Counted from the first letter of the stretch, positions 54,113 to 62,277 are shown. The stretch: 64,000 nucleotides of DNA from an uncultured Verrucomicrobiota bacterium (GCA_964476065.1 CAYYYX010000003.1:1906-65905), one strand, 5' to 3'. Translations and numbers: made by a program. Notes: a model not told the origin generated them from the letters alone.

Positions 54113-54643
54113 CCGGCATTGCCGGTCCCAGACAATTGATAAAGCCTCTTGTTTAAAAAGGCACTTTTCACCCGATCGAATCTTCCATGAAAATTTAGGC
54201 AGAATGAGTTGGTGGCAGAATGATTACTGACTCATCTGTAGCGGGTTATAAAAAATATTTCCGCTGCGCTTCTTTTGTGAATACCAAAAGCACTTTCGGT
54301 ATACCTCAGGTCTGCCTATAAATCATTCTGCTCATATAAACACCTGAACTGTTTTCTTTGTCTTCGAGGAATGTAGATAGTTTTTCAACAAGCTGTAACC
54401 GGCAATGCCGGTCGATCTTCTTTTCCAACCCTTGGAAAAATCTGCGTTGATCTGCGTAATCTGCGGATTAAAAAGTTCCACCCGAGACGAGCCAACCGGA
54501 GGAAGACAGGCAGTGCGAATGCAAAGCAATGACACGAAGTGGAATGGCAACTCGAGAGAGGCTGGCGCTATTGCGACGGCAACGGAACGAAGTGGAGATG
54601 CAATGCTTGGAAAATTATTTGGGCGAAGGCGGATGCCCCTTCT

Positions 54644-54991
54644 TCAAGGCCGAGTGATTTCAACGGCGACGCTTTTGCAGAAGCGAAGCGCGCCCGGCTT
54701 GTCGATGGTCACGATGGCACGCTCAACCCCGTCGGCGCTTAGACAAATTTCCGCAATTCGATCTGCCAGCGATTCAATGAGGTTGAATTCACTTTTTTCG
54801 ACGAGGTCCAAAACGGCTAGCTTCACGGATTTGTAGTCGACCGTGTCGTTGAGGTCATCGCTTTGACCCGCTTTGCGCAGGTCCGTTTCCATGGTGATGT
54901 TGATGATGACATCCTGCTTATTTATCCGCTCTTCGGGATAGAGCCCGATGATGCAGCGAAGGGCTAAATCTCTAATGTAAATTTTGTCCAT
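54644..54991 (-). CDS. folB: Dihydroneopterin aldolase
   Basis: 115 aa. MDKIYIRDLALRCIIGLYPEERINKQDVIINI...TVDYKSV. Confidence 0.85.
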   Translation of the reverse strand: MDKIYIRDLALRCIIGLYPEERINKQDVIINITMETDLRKAGQSDDLNDTVDYKSVKLAVLDLVEKSEFNLIESLADRIAEICLSADGVERAIVTIDKPGALRFCKSVAVEITRP

Positions 54992-55040
54992 AATAACTTC
55001 CTTGGAATATTGGAATGTAGGAATACTGGATTGGTGGTGA
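54992..55040 (-). repeat. ATTCC arm of the GGAAT/ATTCC element family directly upstream of folB (copy 6, single arm)
   Basis: Minus strand: ccaccaatccagtattcctacattccaatattccaaggaagttatt-ATG. Confidence 0.6.
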
Positions 55041-55060
55041 CTAAAGCAAATTCAAAAACA

Positions 55061-55116
55061 CTGTAGCCGCCCCGAACCTTCGGGGCGCAGGCGGGCTCGG
55101 GGAACCCGCCCTACAA
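55061..55116 (-). repeat. REPIN-like element, inverted copy of 50058-50112
   Basis: ctgtagccgccccgaaccttcggggcgcaggcgggctcggggaacccgccctaca. Confidence 0.8.
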
Positions 55117-55137
55117 GTTGAGTTCCATTTTCACAGT

Positions 55138-55845
55138 TCATCTTTCATCATTCAGTAGTCCTTGTCCGCCGTCGACGAAGAGGGTTTGGCCGGTGATCGA
55201 ATCGCTTTTGAGAAGGTAGAGAATGGCATCGGCCACATCGGCGGGGGTGGGGCGTTTTTCTAGCGGAATGGTTCCGGCCGCTTCCCATGCAATGTCGCTT
55301 TCCTTGTCTGGGGGCGGGAGGATTGCGCCGGGCGCAACCGCATTGACGGTGATGGCAGGAGCCAAATCAATCGCCGCTAGCTTCGTCAGCTCTTCAAGCC
55401 CCTTTTTGCTGAGCATGTACGGCACACAAGCGGTGTCATGCGAAGTGACGCGTCGGTCGAGCAAGTTAACGATTTTTCCAGCGATTCCCTGTTTGGCGAA
55501 ACCGCGGATCAGCGCGAGCGGTGCGAGTAGGTTGGGTTGCAGTTCAGCCATCATCGTTTCGTAGGTGGCATCCATCAGGCGGGTCTGATGAAAAACAGCG
55601 GCGTTGTTGACGAGAATGTCGATGGGGCCGAATTCTTCGGCGGCGCGTTCAATGAGCGTTTCGCACTGTGCAGGATCATTCAGATCGGCTTGGATGACAT
55701 TCGGCCAGAAGGCTTGAGCCTCATGTTCCGAGGTTCGGAAATGAACGATCACTTCCGCTCCTTCGGCGGCAAGGGCGTCGGCAATCGCGCGTCCAATTCT
55801 AACAGCGCCACCAGTTACGAGAGCTCTTTTTCCATTCAAATTCAT
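55138..55845 (-). CDS. Short-chain dehydrogenase/reductase, pteridine-reductase/FolM-like
   Basis: MNLNGKRALVTGGAVRIGRAIADAL...NNAA...YMLSKKG. Sits upstream of folB on the same strand. Confidence 0.7.
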   Translation of the reverse strand: MNLNGKRALVTGGAVRIGRAIADALAAEGAEVIVHFRTSEHEAQAFWPNVIQADLNDPAQCETLIERAAEEFGPIDILVNNAAVFHQTRLMDATYETMMAELQPNLLAPLALIRGFAKQGIAGKIVNLLDRRVTSHDTACVPYMLSKKGLEELTKLAAIDLAPAITVNAVAPGAILPPPDKESDIAWEAAGTIPLEKRPTPADVADAILYLLKSDSITGQTLFVDGGQGLLNDER

Positions 55846-55874
55846 ATTTTATAACGTTTCGCGTCACTTTGAGC
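55778..55874. repeat. Direct repeat copy A (5' end and leader of the SDR gene), about 97 bp, near-identical to 56514-56611
   Basis: tcggcaatcgcgcgtccaattctaacagcgccaccagttacgagagctctttttccattcaaattcatattttataacgtttcgcgtcactttgagc. Confidence 0.85.
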
Positions 55875-55930
55875 CTCGCACGTGCAGGGCGATAGGGTGA
55901 ATGAGTTTAAATTCGCTGGTTCGAATGGTT

Positions 55931-56158
55931 TTATGCATGTGCATGTTCAAGGCGATCCGCAATCCAGACCTTAATCACAGATTGCCTAGGAACGCCGAGA
56001 CGTTGGGCCTCTCTGTCAAGCGACTGGATCATCCAGATGGGAAAATCTACATTGACTCGTTTCTGCTCACGACCAGGGCGAGTAGCCATGGAGAAATCCA
56101 AGTGTTCAGAGACGTCCTCGCCTTCATCAAACTTCTTATCGAACTCTTTACTTTTCAT
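55931..56158 (-). CDS. brnA: BrnA-type antitoxin (RHH/CopG-like)
   Basis: 75 aa. MKSKEFDKKFDEGEDVSEHLDFS...VNVDFPIWMIQSLDREAQRLGVPRQSVIKVWIADRL. Confidence 0.7.
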   Translation of the reverse strand: MKSKEFDKKFDEGEDVSEHLDFSMATRPGREQKRVNVDFPIWMIQSLDREAQRLGVPRQSVIKVWIADRLEHAHA

Positions 56159-56412
56159 AGTGCTCAACCTCCTTTGTCCGAGACCGTCGAACCGAGATGA
56201 TCCGGATTTTGTCATCGCGGATCGTAAAGATCGCCGACCAGTGTTTGTCACCGATTCGTCCGATCAGCATTAAACGTGGTTCTCCTTGTGTGCGCGCGAG
56301 TACGTACTTGTAGGCGATCTGGGTCTTCCCATAGCACCTGAGCATCTACAAAGTCGAGTCCGTGCTTCTGCTGGTTTGCATTGCTCTTCTCTTGATCAAA
56401 TTCAAACTCCAT
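56148..56412 (-). pseudogene. brnT: BrnT-type (DUF497) toxin gene disrupted by a +1 frameshift
   Basis: N-terminal part MEFEFDQEKSNANQQKHGLDFVDAQVLWEDPDRLQV (56412 downwards) and C-terminal part ...LARTQGEPRLMLIGRIGDKHWSAIFTIRDDKIRIISVRRSRTKEVEHYEK are in different frames. The junction coincides with a tandem GTACGTAC at 56300-56307. Confidence 0.65.
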
Positions 56413-56420
56413 GATGCTTA

Positions 56421-56448
56421 TATATACCTTACGTATACCTTGCGTCAA
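56421..56448 (-). promoter_or_regulatory. brnTA promoter (TTGACG-18 nt-TATATA, minus strand) with AAGGTATA direct repeat in the spacer
   Basis: Minus strand: ttgacgcaaggtatacgtaaggtatatataagcatcATG. Confidence 0.4.
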
Positions 56449-56513
56449 CCTTTTGAGCCATCGCTTGTGAATCGAACGTCGTGATGACTGGTGAGCCGAT
56501 CACCACACCGCCT

Positions 56514-56611
56514 TCGGCAATCGCGCGTCCAATTCTAACAGCGCCACCAGTTACGAGAGCTCTTTTTCCATTTAAATTCATATTTTTATAACGTCTCGCG
56601 TCACTCTGAGC
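56514..56611. repeat. Direct repeat copy B: orphan duplicate of the SDR gene 5' end and leader (encodes MNLNGKRALVTGGAVRIGRAIA... then decays)
   Basis: About 97/98 nt with roughly 4 differences from copy A. Weaker homology extends to about 56494 and 56645. Confidence 0.85.
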
Positions 56612-56657
56612 GGGCGGAGCCAGCGATAGAGTGAAGGCGGTGGTTGAGTATTTTTTA

Positions 56658-57197
56658 TTAAAGGATGTAATTCCCGTCTCTATCTTTTTTAGGCTGCATG
56701 AAAAACGTAGAATTTGGAAACAGGCGGCGACGTAAAAATTCAGCAAGAATCGCTGTGGCCAGAGCCAAGAAGTAGATGACTCCCTTTGTTATACCAAGGT
56801 CACCCTCAAATAGATCAATTATGCTTTTTCCAAAAAATAAAACAGTAAGTGGATATCCAAGCCCATAGCCTTTTACTACCAAGTAAATTACGAGGTAGTT
56901 TAAAATAGGAAAAGCGGCCAACGGGGTTAGCCATGGAGTTTTGTCCCAGAAGGAAATGCCCGCGAAAATTATCTTAATAATAGTAAGAACAATGAGTGAG
57001 CTCAGAAGGGCTTGGTTCAACTTTCTATATTTATCTTTGTCGGCTTGGGTTGGCCATTGGGCTAACAGGTGAGCGGAAATGGTGTTGGGTTCAAATTCGG
57101 CTTTCAGGAACTGGTCAATATCATGCTTTTGTTCCCCAGCGCTTAGGCGCTCGCAAATGATGGCGTTCATTTCCTTTTTTTGCTCTTTGGTAATCAT
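56658..57197 (-). CDS. Hypothetical multi-pass membrane protein
   Basis: 179-aa ORF with about 4 TM segments. No family recognised. Confidence 0.5.
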   Translation of the reverse strand: MITKEQKKEMNAIICERLSAGEQKHDIDQFLKAEFEPNTISAHLLAQWPTQADKDKYRKLNQALLSSLIVLTIIKIIFAGISFWDKTPWLTPLAAFPILNYLVIYLVVKGYGLGYPLTVLFFGKSIIDLFEGDLGITKGVIYFLALATAILAEFLRRRLFPNSTFFMQPKKDRDGNYIL

Positions 57198-57250
57198 ATT
57201 TTATCTGTACTCAACATATGATTGTCAGGCGATTTTACCTGTTTTCAATA

Positions 57251-58735
57251 TCAATTATCCATCCCCTTAATCCACTCGATGAGAGTACGTGCTCCAAAGA
57301 GGGTGACGCCGGGAGCCATCCAGGCTTTGGGCGTTTCTTCCCAAGCCGTTCCGGCAATGTCGATGTGCGCCCATGGGATATCATCCGGGACAAATTCGCT
57401 CAGGAACGCGCCGGCAGTGATGGTTCCTGCGGTACTGGATTTGCTGATGTTCTGTAGGTCGGCAAAGGTGCCCTTCATGTCGTCTTTATGTTCCTGCCAG
57501 AGCGGAAGTTCCCATAGACGTTCGCCGCCATGTTCCGCGGCCTGAATCAGTTTCTGATTCAGTTTGTGGTTATTTCCGACTACGGCGGCGGCGGTGTGGC
57601 CGAGCGCCATGATGACGGCACCGGTGAGGGTGGCGAGGTCGACGATCGCGGCGGGTTTATGCGTCAGGGCCAGATCGAGCGCATCGCAGAGCGCGAGGCG
57701 GCCTTCGGCATCGGTGTTGAGAATTTCGATGGTTTTTCCGGAGCGCGATTTGACAATGTCGCCGGGGCGGGTTGCGCCGCCGCTTGGCATATTTTCGGCG
57801 ACGGTGAGCATGCCGATGACCGATGTTTTCGGTTTGAGCAGGGCGACCATTTTCATGGCGGCGAGTACGGCCATGCCCCCGCATTTATCAAATTGCATCC
57901 ATTCCATGCCTTTGCCGGGTTTGAGCGAGATGCCGCCGGAATCGAAGGTGATGGTTTTTCCGACGAGGACAATCGGTTTGCTTTTTGGGTCGGTCCCTTT
58001 GTATTTGAGGGTAATGATTTTTGCATCGGTGTCGCTACCCGCTGCGACGGAGAGCAGGGCGTTACAATTTTGCTTTTTCAACTCAGTTTTGTTGAGAATG
58101 GAGCAAGTAAGACCCGAGTCTTTGGCCATTTTTGTGGCCCATGTGGCAATCTTTTGCGGTGGGGCGAGGTTGCCGGGCAGGTTGGCAAGGTCGGCCGTGG
58201 AGAGAAGGGCTTCGCTTTCAATTTTCGCTTCGGCGAGTGCGCGGCGGCAGGCGGCGGCATTTTTGCAGGGGCCAGCAAAAACCAGAGAGGGTTCGGCCGT
58301 CCGTTTCTTCTTTTTCGTTTTGAAGGTGTCGAAGTTGTAGCTTCCCCAGACCGCGCCACGGGCGACGGTGTGGATGAAGGCCGTTTCGGAAACATCCTTG
58401 AGGGCTCCGGTGCTTTCGGTGGCAAAGTGGGTGATGCCTGCTTTTTGTCCGGCGCGCACGGCGGCCGCGGCGGCGCGTTCAAGTGTTTCCATTTGAAAGG
58501 CGGTTCCTTTGCCGAGGCCGACCAAGATGAGTTGAGCGGCTTTGGTTTTTCCGAAGCTTGGAAAAACCGCGGTCTGCGCGAAGCCGCCTTCAAAATTACT
58601 TTTTTTAATCTGCTCTGTGAGCAATTGGGGCAGAGCCCCTTTTCCGGTAAGAAGCGGTTTTTTGTTCTGAACAAAAACGATCCAGCCATCTTTGGCTTGT
58701 GTGTCGAGCGGGCGGGGGGTGAGTGTCAGTTTCAT
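57251..58735 (-). CDS. pepA: Leucyl aminopeptidase (M17)
   Basis: 494 aa. VGKTITFDSGGISLKP, NTDAEGRLALCDAL signature. Confidence 0.9.
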   Translation of the reverse strand: MKLTLTPRPLDTQAKDGWIVFVQNKKPLLTGKGALPQLLTEQIKKSNFEGGFAQTAVFPSFGKTKAAQLILVGLGKGTAFQMETLERAAAAAVRAGQKAGITHFATESTGALKDVSETAFIHTVARGAVWGSYNFDTFKTKKKKRTAEPSLVFAGPCKNAAACRRALAEAKIESEALLSTADLANLPGNLAPPQKIATWATKMAKDSGLTCSILNKTELKKQNCNALLSVAAGSDTDAKIITLKYKGTDPKSKPIVLVGKTITFDSGGISLKPGKGMEWMQFDKCGGMAVLAAMKMVALLKPKTSVIGMLTVAENMPSGGATRPGDIVKSRSGKTIEILNTDAEGRLALCDALDLALTHKPAAIVDLATLTGAVIMALGHTAAAVVGNNHKLNQKLIQAAEHGGERLWELPLWQEHKDDMKGTFADLQNISKSSTAGTITAGAFLSEFVPDDIPWAHIDIAGTAWEETPKAWMAPGVTLFGARTLIEWIKGMDN

Positions 58736-59064
58736 TATCGGAGTTCCTCGGGGAGTTTGGCTTTGTCAGCGGCTTCGGCAGGCCAGTTCGGCAGGTCAAA
58801 GCCACGTTTGACGATGGCGTATTCAATATTCTTCAGGTAGAGCTCGCGCCCGTTAAAAATAATGGTCAGCGTTTTGTTTTCGAGGTCGGGCCGGAATTCT
58901 TGAACTCCTTTCAGGCCTCGCAGAGTGTTCGCGAGAATCTGAGCGCCTTGCGGACTGCGGAGTTGATCCACCTCGAAGGTTACGGTGCGGATGTCATTGC
59001 GGAAGCAGCCTGCGAGCAGGAGCACCCCGATGAGAAGAAGACTATTTTTTTGAAGTGTTTTCAT
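58735..59064 (-). CDS. Small lipoprotein with HMA-like fold but no CxxC
   Basis: MKTLQKNSLLLIGVLLLAGC lipobox, then an HMA-like beta-alpha-beta-beta-alpha-beta pattern (VTFEVDQLRSPQGAQILANTLRGLKGVQEF...). Start moved to ATG 59064. Confidence 0.5.
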   Translation of the reverse strand: MKTLQKNSLLLIGVLLLAGCFRNDIRTVTFEVDQLRSPQGAQILANTLRGLKGVQEFRPDLENKTLTIIFNGRELYLKNIEYAIVKRGFDLPNWPAEAADKAKLPEELR

Positions 59065-59476
59065 GGGTTGAAAATATAGAGGGTTTGAATGTCGAATGTC
59101 GAATAAGGAACAGAAGAATATCGAAGGAAGCGCTGCCTGTTCTAAAAGGGATTTCGAACAGCGATGCGAGTTTCGGAATGCATGATAAATTTCCAAGCAT
59201 TGGAAAAAAGACACGTCAATCTTCCAACGGTTGGGGAGGCAGGAATATTTTCATCCGCAGATTTCGCAGATGTACACAGAGTAGGAGTCCACGCGGTAGA
59301 AATGAAACAAGTTCCTGGCATTTTGCCATAAGGATCATCCTGCCTAATCCTCTTCATCTGCGACTCGAAACGAAGTGGAGAGGGGCTGGCGCGCAGCGAC
59401 GGCAACAAAGTGGCAAATCGAGCGCAGCGGGTGGATGGATTTGACCCTGAGTAGGATTGAGGTTTGTGCGCAGACT

Positions 59477-61795
59477 CTACAATCCGAGGTCGTTCATGAT
59501 CGCGTGGGTATAAACCCGTTTCCAGCGCGGGGGCTTGCTGAATTCTGCCTCAGCTAGTCTTAAAAATTCGTAGGCCAAATCAACGAGGTCTTCCTGACCA
59601 TTTTTGCTGAGCTGTCCTTCGTAGATATCGATAAAGTCGTTGTAGCGCCGGACGGCTTTTTCATATTTTCCGTTCATCTGCAGTGCCAATGCATATCCAA
59701 ACAGGGCGGAGGGGCTTCCCGTTTCCTGCCTTAAAGCCAAATGATATAGCTCTTCGGCCTGGAGAGGATTGCCCGTGATCATCAGCAAGTTGGCCCGTAG
59801 AAAACGGGAAAGAGGGGGGTCTGGAATGCTGCGGCAGATTTCCATGGCTTCGGTAAGCTGACCCTGCTGGTAGCTTGCCGCCGCTTCGGCGATGCGGGCG
59901 TCGGTGTCTTGAATATTCTTCGGGTTGTAGAGCAGATGCACAATCAGGATGGCGAGGCCGAAGACGATTATGATGCGCAGGTCGGTGCGCGTGAATCGCA
60001 ATCGGTGAACCCCGCGGAGGAGCTGTTTGATCACGGGGGCATTTCTTCCGGCGTCGCGCTGGAATTCATCCTGAGTGGTGAGAATGAGCGCCGCCGTCAT
60101 CGGCCCCAGTTCAAAGGCTGGAGTGGGACGTTGTGAACGGTGGGATCCATCCTTCGCCAAAGGCTTCGGAGGACAAGTTGTGGGATGTTGGATGTGGGAT
60201 GGGTCGGAGGGCTCTCCGATCTCCGACCCCTGATCTCTGACCTCTGATCTCTGATCTCTGTTTCCTGCCATTCGGGCGGCCTCGATGCGTTCGCGTTCGA
60301 ACCAGGCAGCGAAGCCTTCGCGTGCGCGTCGTACAAAGAGCATGAGCAGGGCGCGGCTGGTATCGGCACAGCGAAGGGCTTCAAATGCCATGAACTGATG
60401 AATGGCGGGAAGGTGGGCCGTGTCGTCGATTTGTTCCTGTTTCCATGAGGCTGGCTCTGCGTGGCCGGGAAACCCGTGGGTCTCTTCGAAGTTTTCCAGA
60501 AGCGGAGTCTGATACTCGCGATCTAAATTCTCTACGAGAAGTGGCAGAAAGGAGCCAAAGGAGGGTTCGTCGATAAAGTGCCCGTTTTTCCAAACATTGG
60601 AAAATGACTTTTTCTCCGGGTTCCAGAAGATGGTTGTGAGGGTGTGCGTGAGCTGATTGCGCTGTTCGCTGAGCGATTCGATCGCCGTTTCGGAATCGTG
60701 GTTTTTTTCGCAGAGGCGCAGAAGGGCTTCGATTTCTCCGAGGAGCATGACGGTGAGTTCCGGCGTCGCTTTGTCGCGTTCGAAGCTCTCAGGAATAAAT
60801 ATTTCTTGGTTGCTTTGCCAGGCAGGAATCCCATCGCGATGCGGGTCGAAACGGCGCAGGGCCCATTGGATATATTTACGAAGAGCAGGAAGGGTCTGTT
60901 TGAGGATCAGCAGATCGGGTTCGCTGCTTTCCCATGCCCGCTCAAAGGTCTGAATGATCAGGGGCCACGGGGCGGCGGTGGATACAACACCCGGCCGGTT
61001 GATCCATGCCGGGAACCCTCCATTGTTCTGCTGAAGTGAGAGCGCGGTACGGGTTAGTTCCATTGCGGTGGATGGGTCAATCAGTGTCCATGCGCGTACC
61101 AACGCGTAGAGCTCGTTGAGCGAAACGGTTTCCTCCTCGAATCCCTCGGCCGCACTCCAGAGTCCGTGAATGGAGGGGGTGCGCTCCCGAAGGCGGTGAG
61201 CCAGTGATTCGGCGGCGAGTGCCACGGGCGGATTGTGGCGCGGGTTAATGCTGAACAGTTCTCCGACCGGAGTCCGGCGTTTCGTTTCCTTTTGCATGAG
61301 GGTTTCAAATTCCTCCTCCAGCGCGTCTTCGGCTTTCCGGAGGGCCTGTTCTTTGGAATATTCGCCGCTGATCAGGGCGAAACGCTCTTCTTTGCAGAGG
61401 AGTAGGGTGGTGTGGTGCTCGGCAACCCTCCATGTGAGACCTGACTCGTCGCGTAGCGCATTGGGTGCGTGGAGGGTGGGCGGTGGAAGATTCAGAAGGC
61501 GGCCGACCCAAACGCCGGATTCGAGCAGGAGGGCGTCCAATCGTATTTTTTCAGGGCTTTTGCGTGTGCAGACCGAAAAGCCGTTGCTGAAAAGTCGTGC
61601 CGAACAGGATTCGGACGTGGGAAGAAGTTGAAGGGTCCAGGTGGCTCCGGGGAGGGTGAGCACGCCGGGAGTCGCTCCCGTGATGAATCGAAGCGAATCG
61701 TTGGGGCCGGCCGAAAAGGCCCAGCCCTGTTTCCATGGAACGGCGGGGTAATCTGTAAAAAGATTTTGCATGAGTCGGGGTGCATCTTGTCGCAT
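59477..61795 (-). CDS. 772-aa composite protein: six-hairpin glycosidase-like domain (GH63/GDE-like), low-complexity linker, TM segment, TPR repeats
   Basis: LSLQQNNGGFPAWINRPG and DGIPAWQSNQE are typical (alpha/alpha)6 glycosidase-like motifs. Linker NRDQRSEVRDQGSEIGEPSDPSHIQHPTT. TM IIIVFGLAILIVHLLY. TPR-like C-terminus. Confidence 0.5.
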   Translation of the reverse strand: MRQDAPRLMQNLFTDYPAVPWKQGWAFSAGPNDSLRFITGATPGVLTLPGATWTLQLLPTSESCSARLFSNGFSVCTRKSPEKIRLDALLLESGVWVGRLLNLPPPTLHAPNALRDESGLTWRVAEHHTTLLLCKEERFALISGEYSKEQALRKAEDALEEEFETLMQKETKRRTPVGELFSINPRHNPPVALAAESLAHRLRERTPSIHGLWSAAEGFEEETVSLNELYALVRAWTLIDPSTAMELTRTALSLQQNNGGFPAWINRPGVVSTAAPWPLIIQTFERAWESSEPDLLILKQTLPALRKYIQWALRRFDPHRDGIPAWQSNQEIFIPESFERDKATPELTVMLLGEIEALLRLCEKNHDSETAIESLSEQRNQLTHTLTTIFWNPEKKSFSNVWKNGHFIDEPSFGSFLPLLVENLDREYQTPLLENFEETHGFPGHAEPASWKQEQIDDTAHLPAIHQFMAFEALRCADTSRALLMLFVRRAREGFAAWFERERIEAARMAGNRDQRSEVRDQGSEIGEPSDPSHIQHPTTCPPKPLAKDGSHRSQRPTPAFELGPMTAALILTTQDEFQRDAGRNAPVIKQLLRGVHRLRFTRTDLRIIIVFGLAILIVHLLYNPKNIQDTDARIAEAAASYQQGQLTEAMEICRSIPDPPLSRFLRANLLMITGNPLQAEELYHLALRQETGSPSALFGYALALQMNGKYEKAVRRYNDFIDIYEGQLSKNGQEDLVDLAYEFLRLAEAEFSKPPRWKRVYTHAIMNDLGL

Positions 61796-61902
61796 CCCGA
61801 AGTCTTCTTCAACCCTTCGCTTTTATTTTCCCTGTCGGGCGAAGCACTTGAAAAAAACATTAAAAAGGGATACCTTCCCCTTTTGTTTGGTCGGAAATAA
61901 AT

Positions 61903-62277
61903 TTGAGAGGTTCGATGACAACACTTGTGCGCGTAATGGAAATGGTTCGTGAATGGGTTCCCGGATTGGACGAGCGAGTCGGCCAGTTTGAGGTTGAGCC
62001 TTTTGATCTGGATGATGAAATTATCGATGCTTTCCGCGAAGAGCTTGAGCGTTTGAGTGGCGATTTGCAGGCGGGTCTGGATGCCTTGGACGAAGAAAAG
62101 ATACGAATGGCGGTCCACTCCATTAAAGGGATGAGCGGCACAATGGGCCTTCCGGAAATCTCCGTGTTGGCGCAGGAAATCGAAATCACCCTGCGCGCCG
62201 GTGAACATGAACGCTGTGCCCAGCTTTCCAATGCACTGATCGCGTGGGCGCGCGACTTTCTCTCGACCGGCGAATAA
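61903..62277 (+). CDS. Stand-alone Hpt (histidine phosphotransfer) domain protein
   Basis: 124 aa. AVHSIKGMSGTMGLPEIS matches the H-x-x-KG Hpt motif. Confidence 0.65.
   Translation: MRGSMTTLVRVMEMVREWVPGLDERVGQFEVEPFDLDDEIIDAFREELERLSGDLQAGLDALDEEKIRMAVHSIKGMSGTMGLPEISVLAQEIEITLRAGEHERCAQLSNALIAWARDFLSTGE

Noticed and set aside
55910-55930. ggttcgaatgg resembling a tRNA T-loop next to the BrnTA insertion.
   Set aside because: The flanking bases do not pair as a T-stem, and no acceptor or anticodon arms can be drawn.
1045-60602. TTCCAA-N3-TTGGAA excess explained as a conserved protein motif (FQxLE).
   Set aside because: The same DNA word is read in all three frames and on both coding strands in unrelated proteins, and 11 perfect copies are intergenic. 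The constraint is at the nucleotide level.
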